Part shown: positions 46,452-56,313 of the stretch, piece after piece | Layout of the letters: each line of letters begins with the position of its first letter | Numbering within the stretch: position 1 is the stretch's first letter | Notes under the pieces: generated by a model | Databases searched by the model: none | The model's input: only the letters and a program-made list of their open reading frames with translations | Told to the model about the DNA's origin: nothing | Made by a program: the position numbers and the translations under genes | DNA from: Roseateles sp. | Lineage (GTDB): Bacteria > Pseudomonadota > Gammaproteobacteria > Burkholderiales > Burkholderiaceae_C | NCBI RefSeq assembly: GCF_046300915.1 | Contig: NZ_JBKCLH010000140.1 | Coordinates: 3,380-67,379 of the forward strand | Direction of reading: 5' to 3' | DNA length: 64,000 bases

Positions 46452-46985
46452 ATGAATGCCCCCGAGCTGCGGCTCCTGACCGCCGCCGATGTGCCCGCCG
46501 TGCTGGCCTTGCAGGCCCAGTGCTATGGCCCCGAGTTCCTGGAGGGGGCCCAGGCTTTTCGTGCCAAGCTGGAGGCCTCGGCCCCGCACCGCTGCAGCTG
46601 GATGGCCTGGCGCGGCAGCGAGCCCCTGGCCTATCTGGTGAGCCTGCCGGTGTGCGAGCAGAGCCTGCCGGCTCTGGACGCGCCGAGCGTGAGTCTGCCG
46701 GCTGTGCCGCAGCTGCTCTATCTGCATGATCTGGCGGTGGCCCCGGCCGGGCGTTCGCTGGGGCTTGGGCGGCGCCTGGTGGCCCAGGTGCTGGAGAGTG
46801 CTCAGGCCCTGGGACTGATACGGCTGGGGCTGGTGGCGGTGCAGGGATCTGTGCCCTATTGGCAGGCGCAAGGCTTTGCCGAGCCGGTGATGCTGGCCGC
46901 CGGGCTGGCGAAGAAGCTCGGAAGCTTCGGGGTCGAGGCGCGCTGGATGGAGCGCTCTTTGCAGGGCGCCGCGCGCGCTACTTGA
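46452..46985 (+). CDS. GNAT-family N-acetyltransferase
   Basis: Acetyl-CoA-binding-like motif LHDLAVAPAGRSLGLGRRLV. About 177 aa. Start at 46452 (ATG) or 46440. Confidence 0.7.
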   Translation: MNAPELRLLTAADVPAVLALQAQCYGPEFLEGAQAFRAKLEASAPHRCSWMAWRGSEPLAYLVSLPVCEQSLPALDAPSVSLPAVPQLLYLHDLAVAPAGRSLGLGRRLVAQVLESAQALGLIRLGLVAVQGSVPYWQAQGFAEPVMLAAGLAKKLGSFGVEARWMERSLQGAARAT

Positions 46986-47529
46986 CCCGCTGCTTCTCCA
47001 GCTTGCGCGCCAGGGTGCGGCGGTGCATGCCCAGGCGGCGCGCGGCCTCGGAGATATTGAAGTCCACGGCCGCCAGGGTCTCGTGGATGTGCTCCCACTC
47101 CAGGGTCTTGATCGAGGTGGTGACCCGCCCCGTGACCTCCACCTCGGCGTCACCTTGCCCGCGCTCGAAGGCGGCTTCGATATCGTCGGTGTTGGCCGGT
47201 TTGGCCAGGTAGTGGCGCGCGCCCAGCTTGATGGCCTCCACCGCGGTGGCGATGCTGGCAGAGCCGGTCAGCACCACGATCTGCATCTCGTCGTCGAAGG
47301 TGTGCAGGGCCTGCACGCAACTCAGGCCCGAGGCGCCGCCGGCCAGTTTGAGATCCACCACGGCATGGCTGGGACTGTGCGTCTCGAGCAGCAGCTGCAC
47401 TTCGGACAGCTGGCTGGCGCGCAGCACCTGGTAACCGCGGCGCTCGAAGGAGCGGGTGAGGGTGCGGGCGAAGGCCTCGTCGTCCTCCACGACCAGCAGC
47501 ACTCGCTCGGCGTCAGGGTCAATCTCCAT
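46978..47529 (-). CDS. regA: Redox response regulator RegA/PrrA/ActR (REC plus Fis-type HTH)
   Basis: VLLVVEDDEAF...VVDLKLAGG REC, then C-terminal NISEAARRLGMHRRTLARKL HTH. Overlaps the regB 3' end by 11 nt. Confidence 0.9.
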   Translation of the reverse strand: MEIDPDAERVLLVVEDDEAFARTLTRSFERRGYQVLRASQLSEVQLLLETHSPSHAVVDLKLAGGASGLSCVQALHTFDDEMQIVVLTGSASIATAVEAIKLGARHYLAKPANTDDIEAAFERGQGDAEVEVTGRVTTSIKTLEWEHIHETLAAVDFNISEAARRLGMHRRTLARKLEKQRVK

Positions 47530-48871
47530 CTTGTACTTCCAAATTGCTTGCGGGGCTCAGGGCGGCCAGGGGCAGCTGCATCAGCACCTCGGCCCCGCCC
47601 TCGGGTCGGTTGCGAGGCACTATGCGTCCGCCCAGGGTGCGGGCCACATTGACCGAGAGAAACAGTCCGAGGCCGCCGCCGGGCTTGCCCTTGCTCGACT
47701 GGTAGGGCTTGCCAAAGCGTTCCAGCATTTCTTCGCTGAAGCCCGGCCCCTCGTCGCGCACCGAGATTTCCAGCAGGCCACGCGCCTCGTCGCAGCTGGC
47801 GATCAGGGTCAGGGGAGCGCCGGGGGCTGCCTCCAGGGCATTGTCCAGCACGTTGTCGATCATCTGCTTGAGCGCGGTGTCCGAGAAGATGGTGCGGTCG
47901 GCCAGGCTCTGGCGTTCGTAGTGGAAGTCCCCAACCGGCCGGGTGCGGCGCCAGTTGGCCACCAACCCGTCCAGGAAGGCGTGCAGCCGGGTCAGCTCCG
48001 GCGCTTCGGCACGGGTCTCGCCGGCCGACATCAGGATGCCGCTGACGATGTTCTTGCAGCGGCGCAGCTGCAGTTGCATCTCCTCGATCTCCTCGCGCAG
48101 CTCGGGGTCGCCGGCAAAGGGGGCCATATGGGCCCAATCGCCCAGGATGACCGACAGCGTGGCCAGGGGCGTGCCCAGCTCATGCGCCGCACCCGAGGCC
48201 AGCAGACCCATGCGCACGATGTGCTCTTCCTCGGCAGCACGCTGGCGCAGGCTGGCCAGGCGGGCATCCCGCTGGCGCAGATTGAGCACGATGCGCTGAA
48301 TGAAGAAGACCAGCAGCGCGGCATTGAGCACAAAGCAGATCAGCAGGCCGCCGATGTAGTGGCTGGAGAGCTCGGTGCTCACACTGTCCGGGAAGAGCAG
48401 GGGGCGGTGCCACTGGGTCAGGGCGATGAAGGCCGAGGTGGTGGCCGCCACCATGGCCCAGATATAGCGCGGCTCCAGCAGCACGGCGCCCACGGCCACC
48501 TGCAGCAGGAAGAGGAAGATGAAGGGGTTGCTGATGCCGCCCGCGTAATAGAGTTGGCCGGCCAGCAGGCCCACATCCACCAGCAAGCCGGCAAAGAGCT
48601 CGGCCTGGCCGACCAGCTCGCCCCGCAGATTGCGGCTGCGCAGCCAGCACATGAGGTTGTAGAGCACCAGGGCCGCCAGCAGGCCCAGCATTTCGCGCAG
48701 CGGCAGCTGGATGTCCAGCACCCATTGCACCGTGGTGATGGTGGCGAGCTGACCGGCCGCGGCCAGCCAGCGCAGCTGCACCAGCTGCTGCAGATTGCTG
48801 CGCCCGGCCTGCCGGTCCGGCGTCTGCGCGTTGTCGGCACTGCGGGGCATGGCGGCGGGGGCGAGGCTCAT
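47519..48871 (-). CDS. regB: Redox/quinone-sensing histidine kinase RegB/PrrB/ActS
   Basis: Six-TM N-terminus containing GGISNPF (48521-48541). H-box SGAAHELGTPL. Conserved Cys in LQLRRCKNIV (48056-48058). HATPase GGGLGLFLS. ATG at 48871 forms an ATGA overlap with the surf1 stop. Confidence 0.87.
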   Translation of the reverse strand: MSLAPAAMPRSADNAQTPDRQAGRSNLQQLVQLRWLAAAGQLATITTVQWVLDIQLPLREMLGLLAALVLYNLMCWLRSRNLRGELVGQAELFAGLLVDVGLLAGQLYYAGGISNPFIFLFLLQVAVGAVLLEPRYIWAMVAATTSAFIALTQWHRPLLFPDSVSTELSSHYIGGLLICFVLNAALLVFFIQRIVLNLRQRDARLASLRQRAAEEEHIVRMGLLASGAAHELGTPLATLSVILGDWAHMAPFAGDPELREEIEEMQLQLRRCKNIVSGILMSAGETRAEAPELTRLHAFLDGLVANWRRTRPVGDFHYERQSLADRTIFSDTALKQMIDNVLDNALEAAPGAPLTLIASCDEARGLLEISVRDEGPGFSEEMLERFGKPYQSSKGKPGGGLGLFLSVNVARTLGGRIVPRNRPEGGAEVLMQLPLAALSPASNLEVQDGD

Positions 48872-49656
48872 TCGGGATGGCGGAGCTGCCGGCTCTGGCG
48901 CAGCAGGAAGAAGGCGGCACCCAAGGACATGGCCGCCAGCGCAAACCATGTCAGGGCGTAGCTGCGGTGATTGTTGCTGAAGCGCAGTACCGTGAGGCCG
49001 GGGTGCGGCCAGACCGAGGGTGGCTTCAGCACGGCATCGCCTGAGCTCGCCAGCTGGGCATAGGCCGAGCCCGGCGGCTCCGGCCAGACATCAATGAAGG
49101 AGGAGGCCACAGCGCTTGCCGGCAGCCCGGCCGCCTGCGACAGGGCCTGTACATCACGCGAGTACCAGCGCCCGGACTGCGCCTCGTTGCGCTGCAGCAG
49201 CCTGCCGCCGGGTTCGCTCAGACGCAGCAGGCCCTCGATGCGTTGCGGCCCTGCAGGGCGTTGGCGTTCGGTATCGCGGCGCGGCACGAAGCCGCGATTG
49301 ACCCATATCCAATCACCGCCAGCACGGCGCAGGGGCGTCATCAGCCAGTAGCCGCTGCCCAGCACCGTGCTGGCGCCCACCAGCGTCTCGCGGGCGTGGT
49401 CGAACTCGCCCTCCAGCCAGACGCGCTGGTACTCCTGCGCAGCGCCATCGCGCGGATCAAGCAGCACCGGTGCCTGGGCCAAGCCCTGCTGCACGCGGGC
49501 GATCAGGGCCTGCTTCCACTCCAGGCGCTGCAGTTGCCAAAGACCCAGGGCCGTGAAGCCCAGGGCCGCCACAAGCAAAAGGGCCGCGCCCAGCAGCCCC
49601 ACCCAGCGGGCGGGACCGCGAGAGCGCGGCCCATCAGGGGTTTGATCCTGCTTCAC
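48868..49656 (-). CDS. surf1: SURF1-family oxidase assembly protein (Surf1q-like, quinol-oxidase associated)
   Basis: TM-LG-WQLQRLEWK N-terminal signature and C-terminal TM. GTG start forms a GTGA overlap with the cyoD stop. Confidence 0.8.
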   Translation of the reverse strand: MKQDQTPDGPRSRGPARWVGLLGAALLLVAALGFTALGLWQLQRLEWKQALIARVQQGLAQAPVLLDPRDGAAQEYQRVWLEGEFDHARETLVGASTVLGSGYWLMTPLRRAGGDWIWVNRGFVPRRDTERQRPAGPQRIEGLLRLSEPGGRLLQRNEAQSGRWYSRDVQALSQAAGLPASAVASSFIDVWPEPPGSAYAQLASSGDAVLKPPSVWPHPGLTVLRFSNNHRSYALTWFALAAMSLGAAFFLLRQSRQLRHPE

Positions 49657-50054
49657 GACACCATATTGCTCATATCGTGCATCGGCATCATATTGGTGTT
49701 CATGTGATACATGACCCAGACCGTACCGGCCAGGATGATGCCCACGAAGACCACGGTGAAGATGAGCGAAAGCATGGACCAGCCGCTCTCCACCTTGGCG
49801 TTCATGTGCAGGAAGTAGACCATGTGGACCACGATCTGCACCGCGGCGAAGGCCAGGATGATCAGCTTGGTCATGTCAGCCGGCAGGACCTTGGCCATCA
49901 CCAGCCAGAAGGGGATGACGGTCAGGATGACGGACAGCAGGAAGCCGATGAAGTAGCCCTTGTACGAGACGTGGTACTCGGCCAGCGGGTCCTCGTGGTG
50001 GCCATGATCGTCGTGGCCGTGGTGATCGTGCTTGTCGTGGTGTTGAGCGCCCAT
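49653..50054 (-). CDS. cyoD: Cytochrome o/quinol oxidase subunit IV
   Basis: ATG at 50054. His-rich N-terminus then YFIGFLLSVILTVIPFWLVM, typical of CyoD. 133 aa. Confidence 0.85.
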   Translation of the reverse strand: MGAQHHDKHDHHGHDDHGHHEDPLAEYHVSYKGYFIGFLLSVILTVIPFWLVMAKVLPADMTKLIILAFAAVQIVVHMVYFLHMNAKVESGWSMLSLIFTVVFVGIILAGTVWVMYHMNTNMMPMHDMSNMVS

Positions 50055-50674
50055 CACAGCACCCCCATCAGGTAAACAAAGGTGAACACGCCGATCCAGA
50101 CCAGGTCCAGGAAGTGCCAGAACATGGACAGGCACATCAGGCGGCGCTTGTTGGCCACGGTCAGGCCCAGCTTGTTGACCTGCACCATCAGCACCACCAG
50201 CCAGATGATGCCGAAAGTCACGTGCAGGCCGTGGGTGGAGACCAGGGCAAAGAAGGACGAGAGGAAGGCGCTGCGCTGCCAGTCCGCGCCCTGATGGATC
50301 AGGTGCGAGAACTCATAGAGCTCGACGCCCACGAAGGCCGCACCCAGCACACCGGTGACGGCCAGCCAGCCCAGCACCAGCTTCTTGCTGCCCTGCTGCG
50401 CCCCGATCAGGGCGAAGCCGTAGGTGATCGACGAGAACAGCAGCAGCGCGGTGTTGATCGCGATCAGCTTCAGGTCGAACAGGTCGGCGCCCGAGGGGCC
50501 GGCCGCATAGCTCTTGCCCAGCACCGCGAAGGTGGCGAACAGGGCTGCGAAGATGAGCAGGTCGCTCATCAGGTAGATCCAGAAACCCAGCAGGGTGCCC
50601 TGCTGAGGGTGGTGGCTACCGTCGTCGTAGAAGCGGATCGTGCCGTCCGCGTTCAGGGTTTGCGTTGCTTGCAT
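50054..50674 (-). CDS. cyoC: Cytochrome o/quinol oxidase subunit III
   Basis: 206 aa, 5 TM, CyoC-like (GFWIYLMSD, WHFLDLVWI). Confidence 0.93.
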   Translation of the reverse strand: MQATQTLNADGTIRFYDDGSHHPQQGTLLGFWIYLMSDLLIFAALFATFAVLGKSYAAGPSGADLFDLKLIAINTALLLFSSITYGFALIGAQQGSKKLVLGWLAVTGVLGAAFVGVELYEFSHLIHQGADWQRSAFLSSFFALVSTHGLHVTFGIIWLVVLMVQVNKLGLTVANKRRLMCLSMFWHFLDLVWIGVFTFVYLMGVL

Positions 50675-50689
50675 GGTTTGCTCGCCTCC

Positions 50690-52690
50690 TCAGGCCTGGC
50701 TCGGCAGGGCCGCCAGCTGTCGGGTGCGTTCGTCTTCGGTGCGCGTCACTTCATCGGCCTTGATGTAGTAGTCGCGGTTGTAGTTGAAGGTGTGCACGAT
50801 GGACGCCACCACCAGCACCAGGAAGGTGATGCCACCGACCAGCCACATATGCCAGATCATGGCAAAGCCGAAGAGCGTGGCCAGGGCGGACAGCACGATG
50901 CCGGCGGCGGTGTTCTTGGGCATGTGGATGTCCACGAAGCCGCGGGTCGGACGCACCGCGCCACGCTTCTTCATGTCGGTCCAGGCGTCCAGGTCATGCA
51001 CCACCGGGGTGAAGGCGAAGTTGTAAGCCGGCGGGGGCGAGGAGGTCGACCATTCCAGGGTGCGGCCATCCCAGGGGTCGCCGCTCACGTCGCGCAGCTG
51101 CTCGCGACGCATGAAGCTGACGACGAACTGGATCAGCATGGCCGCCACACCCACCGCGATCAGCACGGCGCCAAAGGCGGCGACCTGGAACCAGATCTGC
51201 AGCGAGGGGTCTTCGAAGTGGCTCATGCGACGGGTCACGCCCATCAGGCCCAGCACATACAGGGGCATAAAGGCGAAGTAGAAGCCGATCACCCAGAACC
51301 AGAAGGAGACCTTGCCCCAGAAGGGGTCGAGGCGGAAGCCGAAGGCCTTGGGGAACCAGAAGTAGATGCCGGCGAACAGACCGAACAGCACGCCGCCGAT
51401 GATCACGTTGTGGAAGTGCGCGATCAGGAACAGGGAGTTGTGCAGCACGAAGTCTGCCGGGGGCACGGCCAGCAGCACGCCGGTCATGCCGCCGATCACG
51501 AAGGTGACCATGAAGGCGATGGTCCACATCATGGGCAGCTCGAACTGGATGCGGCCACGGTACATGGTGAACAGCCAGTTGAAGATCTTCGCCCCCGTGG
51601 GGATGGAGATGATCATGGTCGTGATGCCGAAGAAGGCATTCACGCTGGCTCCGGAGCCCATGGTGAAGAAGTGGTGCAGCCAGACGATGTAGGACAGGAT
51701 GGTGATCACCACCGTCGCGTACACCATCGAGGCATAGCCGAACAGGCGCTTGCGGCAGAAGGTGGCCACCACCTCGGAGAAGATGCCGAAGGCGGGCAGG
51801 ATCAGGATGTAGACCTCAGGGTGGCCCCAGATCCAGATCAGGTTCACGTAGAGCATGGCGTTGCCGCCCAGGTCTGCCGTGAAGAAGTTGGTGCCCAGAT
51901 AGCGGTCCAGGGACAGCAGCACCAGCGTGGCGGTCAGCACGGGGAAGCTCACCACGATCAGGATGTTGGTGCACAGCGAGGTCCAGGTGAAGACGGGCAT
52001 CTTCATCAGGGTCATGCCGGGCGCGCGCATCTTGATGATGGTCACGATCAAGTTGATGCCCGATAGCGTTGTCCCTACACCGGCCACCTGTAGCGCCCAG
52101 ATGTAGTAGTCCACCCCCACCCCCGGACTCGCCAGGATGCCCGACAGCGGCGGGAAGGCCAGCCAGCCGGTGCGGGCGAATTCACCCACGAACAGCGAGG
52201 CCATGATCAGCACCGCGCCGCCAGCCGTCATCCAGAAGCTGAAGTTGTTCAGGAAGGGGAAGGCCACGTCGCGCGCGCCGATCTGCAGCGGCACGACGTA
52301 GTTCATGAAGCCGGTCACCAGGGGCATGGCCACGAAGAAGATCATGATCACGCCGTGGGCGGTGAAGATCTGGTCGTAGTGGTGCGGCGGCAGGAAGCCG
52401 GCCTGGTCGCCGAAGGCGATGGCCTGCTGGGCACGCATCATGATGGCGTCGGCAAAGCCGCGCAGCAGCATCACCAGGCCCAGCACGATGTACATGATGC
52501 CGATCTTCTTGTGGTCGATGCTGGTCAGCCAGTCACGCCACAGCGGGCCCCAGACCCGGTATTTGGTCATCAGGGCCAGCATCACGGTGCCGCCCAGCAC
52601 CACCATGGCGAAAGTCGCCCAGATGATGGGGTCATGAGGAATCGCGTTCCAGCCTAGGCGGCCGAGCACGAGATGGTTTTGTTCTTGCAT
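50690..52690 (-). CDS. cyoB: Cytochrome o/quinol oxidase subunit I
   Basis: 666 aa heme-copper oxidase subunit I ([24 protein letters not shown]). Confidence 0.97.
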   Translation of the reverse strand: MQEQNHLVLGRLGWNAIPHDPIIWATFAMVVLGGTVMLALMTKYRVWGPLWRDWLTSIDHKKIGIMYIVLGLVMLLRGFADAIMMRAQQAIAFGDQAGFLPPHHYDQIFTAHGVIMIFFVAMPLVTGFMNYVVPLQIGARDVAFPFLNNFSFWMTAGGAVLIMASLFVGEFARTGWLAFPPLSGILASPGVGVDYYIWALQVAGVGTTLSGINLIVTIIKMRAPGMTLMKMPVFTWTSLCTNILIVVSFPVLTATLVLLSLDRYLGTNFFTADLGGNAMLYVNLIWIWGHPEVYILILPAFGIFSEVVATFCRKRLFGYASMVYATVVITILSYIVWLHHFFTMGSGASVNAFFGITTMIISIPTGAKIFNWLFTMYRGRIQFELPMMWTIAFMVTFVIGGMTGVLLAVPPADFVLHNSLFLIAHFHNVIIGGVLFGLFAGIYFWFPKAFGFRLDPFWGKVSFWFWVIGFYFAFMPLYVLGLMGVTRRMSHFEDPSLQIWFQVAAFGAVLIAVGVAAMLIQFVVSFMRREQLRDVSGDPWDGRTLEWSTSSPPPAYNFAFTPVVHDLDAWTDMKKRGAVRPTRGFVDIHMPKNTAAGIVLSALATLFGFAMIWHMWLVGGITFLVLVVASIVHTFNYNRDYYIKADEVTRTEDERTRQLAALPSQA

Positions 52691-52721
52691 GGCAATTACT
52701 CGAAATCTCGGAGGGGCCGTG

Positions 52722-53795
52722 TCAACGCAGCTTCAGCTGCGACTGAGCCGCGGCACGCGGCGCGTAGTCACCGGCGTTTTCGGGGGTGCACAGGGCGGAC
52801 ACATAGGTACGCTCCAGATCGTCATTGCCCCAGGGCTTGCTGGCCAGGCCCGCGATGGCGCCCTTGCCGCCGCCGCCGGAGGCGTCGATGGCCATCATCA
52901 TCGCCATGCACATCTTGCTGCCGTCCACACAGCGGTTGACGATGGCGTCGTACAGGCCGTTGCTCACGCTGGCATAGCGACGAATCGGTTCCTTGGCGCT
53001 GGGCTTTTCCAGCTCCAGATAGCCTTCGCGGGTCAGTTCGCTGCCCTCGGCCTTGTTGCGGGCCACCCAGGCCTCGAAGTCAGCGTTGGACAGGCCGTGG
53101 AACTTGAAGCGCATGTGCGAGAAGCCATCGCCGCTGAAGTTCGAGGAGAAGCCGTCGTAGACACCAGCCTTGTTGATCACCGCATGCAGCTTGGTTTCCA
53201 TGCCGGGCATCGCGTAGATCATGCCGGCCAGGGCCGGCACGTAGAAAGCGTTCATCACCGTGGAGGAGGTCAGCTTGAACTGGATCGGGCGGTCCACCGG
53301 GGCGGCCAGCTCGTTGACGGTGGCAATGCCCTGCTCGGGGTAGAGGAACAGCCACTTCCAGTCCAGGGCCACGACTTCGACCACCAGCGGTGCCACGTCC
53401 TGAGGCACGGGGCGGTTTTCGTCGATGCGGTCCAGCGGACGGTAGGGATCGAGCTTGTGGGTGCTGATCCAGGTGATGGCGCCCAGAGCGATGATGATCA
53501 GCAGCGGTGCGCCCCAGATCACCAGCTCTAGCCGGGTGGAGTGATCCCAGTCCGGCTCGTAGGTGGCAGACTTGTTCGAGGCACGATAGCGCCATGCGAA
53601 CAGCAGGGTCAGGAAGATCACCGGTACGATGATCAGCAACATCAGCACCGTGGAGGTGACGATGAGATCGGCTTGCTGCGAGGCGATATCGCCGGAGGGC
53701 TTCATCACCACCAGATCGCAGGCCGCCAGAGGCAGAGCTGCCAGCAGCAGGCCAAGGCGGGTCAGAAGGCGCTTGAGTAGAGGATTGGACGTCAT
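52722..53795 (-). CDS. cyoA: Ubiquinol oxidase subunit II (lipoprotein)
   Basis: Lipobox LPLAAC, two TM, cupredoxin-like domain without an obvious CuA Cys-x3-Cys pair. 357 aa. Confidence 0.92.
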   Translation of the reverse strand: MTSNPLLKRLLTRLGLLLAALPLAACDLVVMKPSGDIASQQADLIVTSTVLMLLIIVPVIFLTLLFAWRYRASNKSATYEPDWDHSTRLELVIWGAPLLIIIALGAITWISTHKLDPYRPLDRIDENRPVPQDVAPLVVEVVALDWKWLFLYPEQGIATVNELAAPVDRPIQFKLTSSTVMNAFYVPALAGMIYAMPGMETKLHAVINKAGVYDGFSSNFSGDGFSHMRFKFHGLSNADFEAWVARNKAEGSELTREGYLELEKPSAKEPIRRYASVSNGLYDAIVNRCVDGSKMCMAMMMAIDASGGGGKGAIAGLASKPWGNDDLERTYVSALCTPENAGDYAPRAAAQSQLKLR

Positions 53796-53854
53796 CGGGT
53801 TAACCAGACCGGCGGGAAAACGCTAGTTGCGTGTCGTGCGCGAATGTATCCTGA

Positions 53855-53868
53855 TTGACACAGGTCAA
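53855..53868. promoter_or_regulatory. FNR/ANR-type box candidate in the cyoA / MFS divergent promoter region
   Basis: Perfect palindrome TTGAC-ACAG-GTCAA (compare FNR consensus TTGAT-N4-ATCAA). It lies about 66 nt upstream of the cyoA ATG and about 37 nt upstream of the MFS ATG. Confidence 0.35.
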
Positions 53869-53898
53869 CGATTGGACATTTTGTCCCAGGTAGGAGCC

Positions 53899-55215
53899 AT
53901 GAACAGCACCACCACCCTCAATGCCCCCCAGTCGCCCCAGGGTCGTTCGGCGAAAGCGGACGCGTTGGCCCCCGGGGACATCGCCGTGGGCGTGATCATC
54001 GGTCGCGCTTCCGACTACTTCGATTTCTTCGTCTACGGCATCGCCTCCGTGCTGGTCTTCCCGGCAGTGTTCTTCCCGCACATGCCGCGGCTGGAGGGCA
54101 TGCTGCATGCCTTTGCCCTGCTGTCCCTGGCCTTCATCGTGCGCCCCTTGGGCACCCTGGTGGGCATGGAAATCCAGCGTCGCTACGGACGCAGCTTCAA
54201 GATGACGGCAGCGCTCTTCCTGCTCGGCACCTCCACCGCCGGCATGGCGCTGCTGCCCAGCTACCAGACGGCCGGTGCCATGGCCATCTTGCTGCTGGCC
54301 CTGTGCCGGGTCGGCCAGGGCCTGGCCCAGGGCGGTTCCTGGGACGGCCTGCCGTCCTTGCTGGCGCTGAATGCACCGGCCCGGCGGCGCGGCTGGTACG
54401 CCATGCTGGGTCAGCTTGGCGCCCCCCTGGGCTTTCTCGTGGCGGCCGGTCTGTTTGCCTATCTCTGGACCCATCTCTCGTCCAATGACTTCCTGGAGTG
54501 GGGCTGGCGCTACCCCTTCTTTGCGGCTTTCGCCATCAATGTGGTGGCTCTTTTCGCCCGGCTGCGTCTGGTGGTCACGCATGAGTACGAGCGCGAGCTG
54601 GGCGAACGCGAGCTGGAGCCCTGCGATCTGGAGGATCTGATCCGCGAGAAGGGCAGCACGGTGGTGATTGGTGCCTTTGCGGCTCTGGCCAGCTATGCGC
54701 TGTTCCACATCGTCACGGTCTTCCCCCTGTCCTGGGTCATGCTGATGGGCAGCCAGGATGTGGGCGCCTTCCTGGGCATGCAGATCCTGGGCGCCTGCCT
54801 CGCGGCCGCGGCCATGCCCCTGTCGGGCCTGCTGGCTGACCGCATCGGACGGCGCAATACCCTGGGTAGCCTGGCTGTGGCCATTGGCCTGTTCAGCCTG
54901 GCCACACCCTGGCTGCTGGATGGCGGGACCCGTGGTCAGGACCTTTTCATCCTCTTCGGCTTTGTGTTGCTGGGCCTGTCCTACGGCCAGGCGGCCGGGG
55001 CGGTGACATCCAACTTCCCGCCCCGCCTGCGCTACACCGGTGCCGCGCTCACCGCCGATCTGGCCTGGTTGGTGGGGGCCGCCTTCGCGCCCCTGGTGGC
55101 CCTGGGTCTGTCGGCCCGTTATGGCCTGGTGGCGGTGACGCTCTATCTGCTCTCGGCTGCGGCCTGCACCCTGCTGGCCCTGCGCGTCAACAAGGCCCTC
55201 GCCCAGCGCGACTGA
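53899..55215 (+). CDS. MFS transporter (metabolite:H+ symporter family-like)
   Basis: AGGAG at 53892-53896 then ATG at 53899. 12 TM, with the GRASDYFDFFVYG pattern typical of the MHS family. Confidence 0.85.
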   Translation: MNSTTTLNAPQSPQGRSAKADALAPGDIAVGVIIGRASDYFDFFVYGIASVLVFPAVFFPHMPRLEGMLHAFALLSLAFIVRPLGTLVGMEIQRRYGRSFKMTAALFLLGTSTAGMALLPSYQTAGAMAILLLALCRVGQGLAQGGSWDGLPSLLALNAPARRRGWYAMLGQLGAPLGFLVAAGLFAYLWTHLSSNDFLEWGWRYPFFAAFAINVVALFARLRLVVTHEYERELGERELEPCDLEDLIREKGSTVVIGAFAALASYALFHIVTVFPLSWVMLMGSQDVGAFLGMQILGACLAAAAMPLSGLLADRIGRRNTLGSLAVAIGLFSLATPWLLDGGTRGQDLFILFGFVLLGLSYGQAAGAVTSNFPPRLRYTGAALTADLAWLVGAAFAPLVALGLSARYGLVAVTLYLLSAAACTLLALRVNKALAQRD

Positions 55216-55236
55216 GCGGGCTTGCAGCCTCCTACA

Positions 55237-55258
55237 GCGGCCCTGCGGGGCCGCTTTT
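55237..55258. terminator. Rho-independent terminator between convergent genes
   Basis: GCGGCCC-TGC-(G)GGGCCGC followed by TTTT. Confidence 0.6.
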
Positions 55259-55287
55259 CATTCCGTTTCGCATGCTCTTGCGCGTAC

Positions 55288-56115
55288 CTATTGGCCGCCG
55301 GGAAGGGCGCCGAAGCGAAAGCTGGACACGGTGACCCCACCCATGAAGTCCGGCTCGTGGTAGACCCGCGATCCGGCCTCCTGTTCGGCGGCGCCCACGG
55401 CCACCATCAAGGGGAGCAAATGATCCTCCCGGGGGTGGGCCAGACGGGCCGCCGGGGCGTCGCTCCAGCGCAACAAGGCTCGGCGACGCCCCTCGGGAGT
55501 TTCCCGCAGCAGGGCGTGCTGCAGCCAGGCGTCGAACTGTCCCGAGGCCGTGTGGGCGGCCGGTCCGAAGGCGCGCAGATTGTGGTAACTCAGGCCGCTG
55601 CCGATGATCAGCACGCCTTCGTGGCGCAAGGGCGCCAGCGCGCGCCCCAGGGCCAGGTGTTGCGCCGGGTCGTAGTCCTGTTGCAGCGATAGCTGGACCA
55701 GGGGCACATCCGCCTCGGGGTACATGGGAAACATGGTGGTGAAGGCGCCGTGATCGAAGCCCCGCTTGCTGTTCAGGGCCGCAGGCAGACCGGCTGCCTC
55801 CAGCCGCTGCGCCACCGCGCGGGCCAGGGCCGGCTCACCGGGTGCCGGGTAGCGGATCTGGTAGGTGTGGGCGGGAAAACCGCCGTAGTCATAGACCATG
55901 CCCGGGTTCTCGGCCGCCATCAGCTCGAAGCGCTCCGCCTCCCAATGGCCCGAGATCATCAGCACGGCGCGGGGGGCTTGCCCCAGCTCCAGCGGAATCT
56001 GGCGCAGCGAGGCCTCCAGCTGCCCGAAATGCTGGCGAAACGGGCCGTCCATATAGGGCCAGGGGCCACCGCCATGGGAGAGAAAGTAGGTGGGCAAAGG
56101 CTGGGTGCGGGGCAT
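55288..56115 (-). CDS. Class III extradiol dioxygenase (LigB/YgiD, 4,5-DOPA-dioxygenase-like)
   Basis: 275 aa. N-terminus TYFLSHGGGPWPYM and the overall LigB-family pattern. Confidence 0.82.
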   Translation of the reverse strand: MPRTQPLPTYFLSHGGGPWPYMDGPFRQHFGQLEASLRQIPLELGQAPRAVLMISGHWEAERFELMAAENPGMVYDYGGFPAHTYQIRYPAPGEPALARAVAQRLEAAGLPAALNSKRGFDHGAFTTMFPMYPEADVPLVQLSLQQDYDPAQHLALGRALAPLRHEGVLIIGSGLSYHNLRAFGPAAHTASGQFDAWLQHALLRETPEGRRRALLRWSDAPAARLAHPREDHLLPLMVAVGAAEQEAGSRVYHEPDFMGGVTVSSFRFGALPGGQ

Positions 56116-56313
56116 GGCGGCTCCAGGGGAGGCTGTGGTGCCCAGTCTGCCTGCCCCCGTGGCTGTGGGGCGTGATGCCTGTTGAGTGCAGCATTCAAAA
56201 AACCTGAGTGCCGCTGGGTTTGGGCCCGCTCGCCGTTGCGTGCAGGCCTCAGGGTGCCATGTCTTGCGCGAAAAAGATCACGGCGCCCGGCATTCGATGG
56301 CGGTATGCCGGCT

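Noticed and set aside
50114-52066. 650-aa ORF on the + strand, plus other long ORFs antisense to real genes (4243..5748, 24257..25861, 39211..41130, 19808..21286, 31089..32783, 32978..34450, 56278..57591)
   Set aside because: Each is opposite a gene with clear family motifs (cyoB/C, histidine kinases, pabB, prsT, dcp, pfk, siaA-like). Their His/Gly/Ala/Arg/Gln-rich composition is that of GC-rich antisense frames.
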